From an uncultured bacterium (GTDB lineage: Bacteria; Abyssobacteria; SURF-5): DNA of 13,379 bases. Under the pieces are notes generated by a model. It saw nothing but the letters and a program-made list of their open reading frames with translations, made no database searches and had not been told where the DNA came from. The position numbers were made by a program, and so were the translations under genes. Positions 1-7,379 of the stretch are shown one piece after another (the stretch's first letter is position 1; each line of letters starts with the position of its first letter). Where the stretch lies: assembly GCA_964510165.1 (NCBI GenBank), contig CAZEBC010000111.1:1-13379 (forward strand). Direction: 5' to 3'.

Positions 1-1715
1 ACATGGCCCGCTATTTCATGGATTTCTGCCAGGATGAATCGTGCGGCAAGTGCACGCCGTGCCGCATCGGCACAAAGCGAATGCTTCAAATCCTGCAGAG
101 AATCTGCAACGGCGAAGGGCAGGAGGATGACATCAAGCTGCTTGAAGAGCTGGCGGGCGACATCAAGGACACCGCTCTCTGCGGTCTCGGACAAACGGCG
201 CCCAACCCGGTCCTCAGCACGATTCGCTACTTCAGGAATGAATACGAGGCGCACATTCGCGACAAGCACTGCGCGGCCGCCGTCTGCTCGGCGCTCTTCA
301 AGAGTCCTTGTCAGCACACCTGTCCGGTCGAGATGGACATCCCCGCCTACATCGCCCTCATTCGCGCGGGCAGGATTGACGACGCATACCTTGTCCTCAA
401 ACGCACAAATCCGTTCCCCAGCGTATGCGGCAGGGTATGCGGGCATCCGTGTCAATCGAAATGCAGGCGCGGCCAGCTTGATGAACCGCTCGCGATCAAG
501 TTCCTGAAGCGTTACGTGGCCGACAACGCGAAGAGGCCCAAGGTCGAACCGATACCGGTGAGCCGAAAAGAACGTGTGGCCGTTGTCGGCGCCGGCCCGT
601 CAGGATTGACCGCTGCCCTTGAACTCAAAAAACGGGGATACGCGGTCACGGTCTTCGAAGAACTCCCACAGGCAGGCGGAATGCTGCGGTGGGGGATACC
701 GGCGTACCGGCTGCCGCGAGAAGTTCTCGACGCTGAAATCAATGATATCCTCGCTACCGGGGTGGAGCTCAGGACCAACACGCGCGTCGGCCGCGATGTG
801 AACTTTGCACAGCTTGAGCGCGAATTCGACATGATCTATCTCGCTGTCGGAGCGCATAAGAGCCTCGGGCTCGGAATCCCCGGAGAGGACACGGCGGGCG
901 TATTCGGCGCGGTTGAAATGCTCCGAAACCATAACCTGGATCGGCCGGTCCAGATCGGGAAGCGCGTGGCCGTCATCGGAGGGGGAAACTCCGCCGTTGA
1001 CGCGGCCCGCACGGCGATCCGGCTGGGCGCGGAAAGTGTAACCATCTACTATCGGCGTGAACGCAAGGACATGCCCGCCCAGGAAATCGAAATAAGGGCG
1101 GCCGAAGAGGAAGGCGTCAAGATTGAATACATGGTTGCGCCCGTCAGCGTGAAGGCACGTAACGGCAAGGTGTCCGAACTCGAGCTGACTCGGATGCAGT
1201 TGGGCCAGTTTGACCGCAGCGGGCGGAAGCGGCCTGAGCCGATAAAGGGATCGGAGTTCACAGTCCAGGTTGATACGGTTATTTGCGCTATCAGTCAGGA
1301 GGCGGACCTCGATTTCCTCAGCGGCGACCGCAACGTAGAAACTTCCCGCGGCAGGATAAGGGTCAACCGTGCTCTTCGCACCGCCAACCCGAAGGTCTGG
1401 GCGGGCGGAGACGCTATCACGGGACCAGCCATGGTGATTGACGCCATCAGGGCGGGCAGGGACGCGGCGCGTCGTATTGACGAGGCTATCCGCGAGGCGA
1501 ACGGCGAGAAGCCGTGGGTCGCCCCGACCGACGGCGCCATTGATATCCCGTTCGAGATCGACGAGGAACTCGTCGAGCGGCCTCAGGCGCGGATGCCCCA
1601 GGCGCGCGCAATCGAACGGCGAAAGGATTTCCGGGAAGTCGAGCTCGGTTACACGCTCAAACTCGCCGCCGAGGAAGCGCGGCGCTGCATGCGGTGTGAC
1701 ATGCAGGTCGAGTAG
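1..1715 (+). CDS. 5'-truncated NuoF/HydB-type NAD(H)-binding hydrogenase subunit fused to a GltD/NfnB-like FAD- and NAD(P)-binding Fe-S oxidoreductase
   Basis: The frame is open at the window edge, so ATG at 3 is probably internal. NuoF [4Fe-4S] motif ESCGKCTPCRIG...ALCGLGQTAPNP, then YEAHIRDKHCAAAVC as in HydB. This is followed by GltD-type PCQHTCP and NPFPSVCGRVCGHPCQSKCRR, FAD motif VVGAGPSG, GGMLRWGIPAYRLP, a second Rossmann motif VIGGGNSAVD, YYRR, WAGGD and C-terminal EARRCMRCD. Stop TAG ends at 1715. Confidence 0.92.
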   Translation, partial: MARYFMDFCQDESCGKCTPCRIGTKRMLQILQRICNGEGQEDDIKLLEELAGDIKDTALCGLGQTAPNPVLSTIRYFRNEYEAHIRDKHCAAAVCSALFKSPCQHTCPVEMDIPAYIALIRAGRIDDAYLVLKRTNPFPSVCGRVCGHPCQSKCRRGQLDEPLAIKFLKRYVADNAKRPKVEPIPVSRKERVAVVGAGPSGLTAALELKKRGYAVTVFEELPQAGGMLRWGIPAYRLPREVLDAEINDILATGVELRTNTRVGRDVNFAQLEREFDMIYLAVGAHKSLGLGIPGEDTAGVFGAVEMLRNHNLDRPVQIGKRVAVIGGGNSAVDAARTAIRLGAESVTIYYRRERKDMPAQEIEIRAAEEEGVKIEYMVAPVSVKARNGKVSELELTRMQLGQFDRSGRKRPEPIKGSEFTVQVDTVICAISQEADLDFLSGDRNVETSRGRIRVNRALRTANPKVWAGGDAITGPAMVIDAIRAGRDAARRIDEAIREANGEKPWVAPTDGAIDIPFEIDEELVERPQARMPQARAIERRKDFREVELGYTLKLAAEEARRCMRCDMQVE

Positions 1716-1732
1716 AACGGAACTGTATCATA

Positions 1733-1738
1733 AAGGAG
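1733..1738 (+). promoter_or_regulatory. Shine-Dalgarno site of hydA
   Basis: AAGGAG 6 nt upstream of ATG 1745. Confidence 0.75.
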
Positions 1739-1744
1739 AAGAAG

Positions 1745-3472
1745 ATGGTCACCTTGATGATAGACAATCACAAGGCGGAAGTTCCGCAGGGAACGACCGT
1801 ACTCGACGCGGCGCGCTCGATCGGAATTCGCATCCCGACTCTCTGCGCGCTGCCCGAGATTAACCATACGCCCGGCGCATGCCGCGTGTGCGTGGTCGAG
1901 GTGGACCGCAGCCGCACCCTGGTAGCCTCCTGTGTGTATCCGGTGGCTGAGGGTATGAAGGTGAAGACGAATTCCGAGCGGGTGCGCCGGGCGCGCCGGA
2001 CCGTGGTCGAGTTTCTGTTATCCGACCATCCGGCCGACTGCAATATCTGTCAGAAACACGAACACTGCGAGCTTCAGGCGGTGGCCGAACTGGTCGGAGT
2101 TCGCACCATCAGGGTTCCACGCACCGTGTTCAACTCGCGTCATGTTGACGATTCATCCCCCTCGCTTGTGAGAGATTCCTCAAAATGCGTAAACTGCCTG
2201 AGGTGTGTGACCGTATGCGCGGAGGTGCAGGGGGTGAGTCTTTTGACGCCCGAGGGTCGCGGCTTTGATTCGAAAGTGGTGCCTGCGATGAGCGCGAATC
2301 TGGCGGATTCGGCGTGCACATACTGCGGCCAGTGCGCGGTCGTCTGCCCGACCGGCGCCATCATCGAGCACGACGATGTCGAAAAGGTGTTCGCCGCGTT
2401 GGAGGACCCCTCCAAACATGTGGTCGTGCAGGAAGCCCCGGCCATCCGGGCCACCCTCGGCGAGGAGTTCGGGTTGCCGCCCGGCACATTGGTCACCGGA
2501 AGGATGATCGCGGCGCTTCGGCGTCTTGGCTTTGACAGGGTGTTCGACACCAATTTCACCGCTGACCTGACTATTATCGAGGAAGGCAACGAACTGCTGA
2601 AGCGCGTGAAGACCGGCGGCACGCTGCCGATGATAACTTCGTGCAGCCCGGGCTGGATCAAGTTCATCGAACACTTCTATCCGTCGCTTCTCTCGAACCT
2701 CAGCACGTGCAAGTCTCCTCAGCAGATGTTCGGCGCATTGGCGAAGACGTATTATCCGCGACTCACCGGCATAGACCCGAAGGATATCTTTGTGGTGTCC
2801 GTCATGCCGTGCACCGCGAAGAAATTCGAAGCGTCCCGGCCCGAGATGAACTCTTCCGGCTATCGCGACGTGGACGCCGTGCTTACCACGCGGGAATTGG
2901 GACGCATGATACGCCAGGCAGGCATAGACTTCGTGAACCTGCCCGAAGAGCCGTTCGACCCTCCCATGGGACAGTACACGGGCGCAGGCACGATCTTCGG
3001 CGCCACCGGGGGAGTCATGGAGGCGGCGTTGCGGACCGTCCATGCGGTTGTCTGCGGAAAAAGCATGCCGAACCTCGACATAGCCCCGGTTCGCGGACTT
3101 GACGGCGTGAAGGAAGCCGCCATGCAGGTGGGCGAGCTGGGCGAGATTCGGGTTGCCGTTTCTCATGGTCTTGCAAACGCCCGAAAGCTCCTGGATAGGG
3201 TGATGGACGGGACGGCGGACTACCACTTCATCGAGATTATGGCCTGTCCCGGCGGATGTGTCGGCGGCGGCGGACAAACGCTCCCCGTCAGCAACGAAAA
3301 ACGCGCGCTTCGCGCACAGGCGCTGTATGTTGACGATGGCAAAGTCCAGCAATTCCGGCAATCGCACGAGAACCCGGCGGTCAAAGAACTCTACGAAAAA
3401 TTCCTCAAAGAACCGCTCGGCGAGATGTCGCACAAGTTGCTGCATACCCATTACGTGGAGCGCGGAGTATAA
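1745..3472 (+). CDS. hydA: Group A [FeFe]-hydrogenase catalytic subunit (multimeric, A3-like by context), 575 aa
   Basis: H-cluster motifs TSCSPGW, MPCTAKKFE and EIMACPGGCVGGGGQ. N-terminal [2Fe-2S] (IPTLC...GACRVC...ASC), His-ligated [4Fe-4S] (HPADCNICQKHEHC), and 2x[4Fe-4S] (CVNCLRCVTVC; CTYCGQCAVVCP). C-terminal SHENPAV...LLHTHY. SD AAGGAG precedes the ATG. Confidence 0.97.
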   Translation: MVTLMIDNHKAEVPQGTTVLDAARSIGIRIPTLCALPEINHTPGACRVCVVEVDRSRTLVASCVYPVAEGMKVKTNSERVRRARRTVVEFLLSDHPADCNICQKHEHCELQAVAELVGVRTIRVPRTVFNSRHVDDSSPSLVRDSSKCVNCLRCVTVCAEVQGVSLLTPEGRGFDSKVVPAMSANLADSACTYCGQCAVVCPTGAIIEHDDVEKVFAALEDPSKHVVVQEAPAIRATLGEEFGLPPGTLVTGRMIAALRRLGFDRVFDTNFTADLTIIEEGNELLKRVKTGGTLPMITSCSPGWIKFIEHFYPSLLSNLSTCKSPQQMFGALAKTYYPRLTGIDPKDIFVVSVMPCTAKKFEASRPEMNSSGYRDVDAVLTTRELGRMIRQAGIDFVNLPEEPFDPPMGQYTGAGTIFGATGGVMEAALRTVHAVVCGKSMPNLDIAPVRGLDGVKEAAMQVGELGEIRVAVSHGLANARKLLDRVMDGTADYHFIEIMACPGGCVGGGGQTLPVSNEKRALRAQALYVDDGKVQQFRQSHENPAVKELYEKFLKEPLGEMSHKLLHTHYVERGV

Positions 3473-3535
3473 GAGGGCGGCGCGAGGAACGCCCCGGAAG
3501 ACACCTGGGACGTGGGAATTCAGGGCAAGGTGGTA

Positions 3536-3542
3536 AAGGAGG
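3536..3542 (+). promoter_or_regulatory. Shine-Dalgarno site of the receiver gene
   Basis: AAGGAGG 5 nt upstream of ATG 3548. Confidence 0.8.
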
Positions 3543-3547
3543 CAAGC

Positions 3548-3955
3548 ATGGCGACCAACGGCGAAATACTCCTGGTGGATGATGACCGGGATATTCGAGA
3601 TTCTATTCGGATCATCTTGGAGAGGAACGGCTACAAGGTGAATACGGCCGCGAATGGCCGCGAGGCGCTCGCAGCGCTCAAGACCGGGCTCCCCGACCTC
3701 ATGATCCTCGACATCATGATGGCCACCGACACCGAAGGGTTTGACCTTGCGTATGAACTGAGGGGAAAGCCTGAGTTCGAGAACCTGCCGATCATAATCA
3801 TGACCAGTTTCCTCGAGAAGGTTCGAGACGAGGGCCCCGACAAGTTCCAGCATATCCTGGGCGAGGAATGGCCAGCGAAATGGTTGTTCGAAAAGCCGGT
3901 GGACTCTCAGAAACTGCTCGCCAAGATAAAGGCCATCCTGGCGGAAGATCGGTAA
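3548..3955 (+). CDS. Single-domain response regulator (receiver only), 135 aa
   Basis: ILLVDDD acidic pocket, PDLMILD(55)IMM phosphoacceptor, PIIIMT and EKP lysine. Start moved from 3512 to ATG 3548 because AAGGAGG (3536-3542) lies just upstream. No output domain. Confidence 0.93.
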   Translation: MATNGEILLVDDDRDIRDSIRIILERNGYKVNTAANGREALAALKTGLPDLMILDIMMATDTEGFDLAYELRGKPEFENLPIIIMTSFLEKVRDEGPDKFQHILGEEWPAKWLFEKPVDSQKLLAKIKAILAEDR

Positions 3956-3961
3956 CGCTGA

Positions 3962-4004
3962 CGCGCCTGAGCCAAAGCGCAAGGTTCTTTTATCGTCAGG
4001 CGCG
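3962..4004. repeat. Perfect 9-bp inverted repeat (CGCGCCTGA-N25-TCAGGCGCG) between the receiver and kinase genes
   Basis: Read directly from the sequence: arms at 3962-3970 and 3996-4004. No U-tract follows. Function unknown. Confidence 0.55.
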
Positions 4005-4048
4005 ACCGGGGACCGCCTGGCGCGATCAATGGACAAGGGGGGCGTTCA

Positions 4049-5956
4049 ATGAGTCATGTGGCTGTGGATGAAGGGCTTCTCCACCTGCCCGAAGAAATCA
4101 ACAAACGCAAACGAATCATCCTGGGTGAGTTGAAAGAGCGCACCCTGTGGTTCGTGTTTCTTCGGTGGTGGGTTCCGCCGAGTATCGCTGCCGGAACTTT
4201 TCTGGCTCGCGCCATCGGAGTCGAGTTCTCGACGACGCCGGTTCTTATGGTCGCGGGCTTCATCCTGGCCTATAATGTGATGTTTCATTTCCAGAGCCGA
4301 TGGGTCCAACAGGAACTTGGATGGCAGCCCCAGTATATTCAACGATTCACGCACTGGCAGGTCGGGCTTGATTATGCGGCCATGTTTCTGCTCATCCATT
4401 TCACGGGAGGTGCGGCGAGCCCATTCATCTTCTTTTTCATTTTCCACATCATATTCGCGTCCATACTGCTGAAACCACGCACGGCTTACGGGTTCGCGAC
4501 GTTTGCGGCGGTCGGCATGGCCCTGATCTCGGCGGCGGAGTATCGGGGCTTGATCCCGCGCCATCCGGTCGTGTATCGCGGCGCCCTTGTTAACCTGACC
4601 GAATGCCCGGTTCACATGATGGCGAATCTGGGCTTCTTCACCACGTCGGTCTTCATAACGGCGTTCTCGACCACCGCCATTATGGTGATGCTCCGAAAAC
4701 GGATAGTGAGCCTTGCCGAACTCTCCGAGACTCTGACCAACCTCAACAACAGGCTCAACAGTCTCTATGTGATGACGCAGGCGATTCTCTCGACACGGCG
4801 CCTTGACCACGTGCTCAATATCGTCGTTAACGAGCTTGCGAATGTGATGAACGTGCAGGGAATCTCAATCAAACTTCTGAGCGAGGACGGCAAACAGCTC
4901 CGGTACGCCGCCGCGCACGGAATGCCTGACGGCTTGATTGCGGAAAGGACCATTGACGTTGACAAAAGCCCGCTGAACCGCCGCATCATCGAGGGCGAAC
5001 CGTTCGTCACCGGGCGCATAACGCAGGGGGAAATGTTTCAGTTTGGCGAGGACCTTGCCGCCGCCGACTTGCGGTCGGTCCTATTCGTTCCGCTCAGGGG
5101 CGAGGACCGCGTGATCGGGATATTGGGCGCCTATTGCAAGCTCGCTGACCGGTTTCGCGACGAGGAAGTGGCCTTCTTCCGACAAGCGGCCGGGCTTGTC
5201 GCCATCGCGCTTGAGAATGCCCGCGCATATGAAGCCGTGGAGAACCTCGTGCGAGAGAGGTCCTGGTTCATGATGCGGGTCGCGCACAACCTTCGCGCCC
5301 CGCTTTCGGCGACCGCGAGTATCCTCGACGTGGTCAGGAGCGGCTATCTCGGCGAATTGAACGACGAGCAAAGCGAATATTTGCGCAGGGTTGATCGCAG
5401 AACTCGTACAATGCTTCAGATTATCGAGGAACTTATGACGCTCGCAACCAACCGCGAGCAGAAACAGAAAATCACTCGTGCGCCAATCGACTTGACCGCG
5501 CTTACCCGACGCATTCGGCGCACGTTTCAGGATGAGGCCGCCAAGAGGGCAGTCGCCTTCCACGTAAGCCTGCCCGACGGAACGCCGGAAATCCAGGGTG
5601 ATTTTAAGATGGTCGAGCAGATGCTTGAAAATCTGGTCTCGAACGCCATCAAATATACGCCTGCCGGGGGAAGTGTAAACGTTGTGTTTTCACTCGCCAA
5701 TGACGGAATGGTCCGCATCGAGGTCAGTGACAACGGGATAGGCATTCCGAAGCGAGACATGCCGCGCCTGTTCACCGAGTTTTTCCGCGCGGAAAACGCG
5801 CGGGCTATCGATGAGCAGGGAACTGGCCTTGGCTTGGCCATTGTGAAGGAGATTGTTGACAAGCATGGAGGGCGAATCCTTGTGGAAAGCGAAGAAGGTC
5901 TGGGCACCATCTTCGTCATTCACCTTCCTGTCGCTCACAAGGAGAATGCGTCATGA
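4049..5956 (+). CDS. Membrane-bound sensor histidine kinase (about 6 TM helices, GAF, HisKA, HATPase_c), 635 aa
   Basis: About six hydrophobic segments in the first ~215 aa. GAF-like region (SIKLLSEDGKQL...SVLFVPLRGEDRVIGIL...LVAIALENARAY). H-box VAHNLRAPL, N-box ENLVSNAIKYT, G1 VSDNGIGIP, F-box LFTEFFR, G2 GTGLGLAIVK. The stop overlaps the hydG start (ATGA, 5953-5956). Confidence 0.93.
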   Translation: MSHVAVDEGLLHLPEEINKRKRIILGELKERTLWFVFLRWWVPPSIAAGTFLARAIGVEFSTTPVLMVAGFILAYNVMFHFQSRWVQQELGWQPQYIQRFTHWQVGLDYAAMFLLIHFTGGAASPFIFFFIFHIIFASILLKPRTAYGFATFAAVGMALISAAEYRGLIPRHPVVYRGALVNLTECPVHMMANLGFFTTSVFITAFSTTAIMVMLRKRIVSLAELSETLTNLNNRLNSLYVMTQAILSTRRLDHVLNIVVNELANVMNVQGISIKLLSEDGKQLRYAAAHGMPDGLIAERTIDVDKSPLNRRIIEGEPFVTGRITQGEMFQFGEDLAAADLRSVLFVPLRGEDRVIGILGAYCKLADRFRDEEVAFFRQAAGLVAIALENARAYEAVENLVRERSWFMMRVAHNLRAPLSATASILDVVRSGYLGELNDEQSEYLRRVDRRTRTMLQIIEELMTLATNREQKQKITRAPIDLTALTRRIRRTFQDEAAKRAVAFHVSLPDGTPEIQGDFKMVEQMLENLVSNAIKYTPAGGSVNVVFSLANDGMVRIEVSDNGIGIPKRDMPRLFTEFFRAENARAIDEQGTGLGLAIVKEIVDKHGGRILVESEEGLGTIFVIHLPVAHKENAS

Positions 5957-7359
5957 AAACGGTTGCAGAAGTCAACAACAATTCCTTTATCGACGAGGCT
6001 TTGATTGTTGACTGCCTCGAAGCGGCCGAACAGGGCGGAGTCCAACGCGCCCGAGAGGTTATCGAGAAGGCGCTTGAACTGCGCGGGCTGGACCTTGAGG
6101 AAGTCGCGGTATTGCTCCAATGCGGCGATCCGGACGTGCGCGAGGAGATGTTCCACGCCGCGCGAGCTGTCAAGGAATCCATCTACGGCAAGCGATTGGT
6201 TCTCTTTGCGCCGCTTTACATCTCCAACCTGTGCCGAAACGACTGCCTCTATTGCGCCTTTCGGGTGAGCAACAAGAACGTGCGGCGCCGCGCCTTGTCC
6301 CAGGAGGAAATCGCCCGTGAAGTTGGCGCCCTCGAGGCCATGGGACACAAGCGAATCCTGCTCGTGGCGGGAGAGGGCTACCCGGAAAGCGGCCTCGACT
6401 ATATTTTCGATTCGGTCGCCACCATCTACGGCACACGGGAAGGCCGCGGCGAGATCCGACGGGTGAACGTGAACATTGCCCCGCTCACCCTCGATGAATT
6501 TCGACAGCTTAAGGCCTGCAAGATCGGCACATACCAGGTGTTCCAGGAGACCTATCATTTGGGGACGTACCGGCAAATGCACGTGAGCGGTCCCAAGACC
6601 GACTACCATTGGCGGCTCACCGCCGTCGGTCGGGCATTCGAGGCCGGCATCAATGATGTCGGCATCGGCGTCCTTTTCGGCCTGTTCGATTACAGATTCG
6701 AGATACTGGCATTGCTTCAGCACATTCGTCACCTTGAGCGCGAATACGGGGTGGGACCCCATACGATAAGCGTTCCTCGACTGGAACCCGCCGAAGGCTC
6801 CGTGGTCGCGTCGCATCCGCCGTATCCCGTCTCTGACGAGGACTTCAAGAGGATTGTCGCAATCCTTCGGCTCGCGGTTCCGTATACGGGCATGATCATG
6901 AGCACGCGCGAGACGCCGGAGATGCGAGCCGCAACGTTCGCGCTTGGCGTCTCCCAGCTCAGCGCGGCCAGCCGCACGAATCCCGGCGGCTATATGGAAG
7001 GGGAGCCTTCCACTGCGCAATTCCAGCTTGGCGACCATCGAAGCGTTGACGAGGTGATAAGCGACCTGGTCCGGATGGATTATATTCCATCGTTCTGCAC
7101 CGCCTGTTACAGGCTTGGACGCACGGGCGAGGGTTTCATGGACCTCGCGAAACCGGGCTTGATTAAACGCTTCTGTCTGCCGAACGCGATCCTCACGTTC
7201 AAGGAGTACCTGGAGGATTACGCGAGCGCCGAGACTCGCAAGGCAGGCCTGCGTGCGATCGAGAGAAATCTGCAGGACATCCCGTCCGAGGAAAGGCAAG
7301 CCGAAGCCAGGCGCCGCCTGATGAGAATCGAGCAAGGCGAGCGCGATCTATATTTCTGA
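5953..7359 (+). CDS. hydG: [FeFe]-hydrogenase H-cluster radical SAM maturase HydG
   Basis: YGKRLVLFAPLYISNLCRNDCLYC (CxxxCxxC), GEIRRVNVN, FQETYH, GPHTISVPRLEPA, and C-terminal PSFCTACYR...KRFC (Cx2Cx22C auxiliary cluster, which separates HydG from ThiH). Confidence 0.96.
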   Translation: MKTVAEVNNNSFIDEALIVDCLEAAEQGGVQRAREVIEKALELRGLDLEEVAVLLQCGDPDVREEMFHAARAVKESIYGKRLVLFAPLYISNLCRNDCLYCAFRVSNKNVRRRALSQEEIAREVGALEAMGHKRILLVAGEGYPESGLDYIFDSVATIYGTREGRGEIRRVNVNIAPLTLDEFRQLKACKIGTYQVFQETYHLGTYRQMHVSGPKTDYHWRLTAVGRAFEAGINDVGIGVLFGLFDYRFEILALLQHIRHLEREYGVGPHTISVPRLEPAEGSVVASHPPYPVSDEDFKRIVAILRLAVPYTGMIMSTRETPEMRAATFALGVSQLSAASRTNPGGYMEGEPSTAQFQLGDHRSVDEVISDLVRMDYIPSFCTACYRLGRTGEGFMDLAKPGLIKRFCLPNAILTFKEYLEDYASAETRKAGLRAIERNLQDIPSEERQAEARRRLMRIEQGERDLYF

Positions 7360-7379
7360 GATCATGAGAAGGTACGACA

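Noticed and set aside
3475-3504. GGGCG...CGCCC hairpin after hydA as a terminator
   Set aside because: Only a ~5-bp stem with no U-tract, which is expected by chance at this GC content.
4018-4033. Possible sigma-54 promoter TGGCGCG-ATCA-ATGG upstream of the kinase
   Set aside because: The -24 element fits but the -12 position reads ATGG instead of TTGC, so the required GC is missing.
2180-4036. 618-aa antisense ORF over hydA and the receiver gene
   Set aside because: No recognisable motifs. It mirrors well-supported plus-strand genes and is the expected stop-poor shadow frame of GC-rich coding DNA.
5935-7335. 466-aa antisense ORF over hydG (similarly 8527-9660 over hydE and 4046-4810 over the kinase)
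   Set aside because: Shadow ORFs nearly coextensive with real genes, with no domain signatures.
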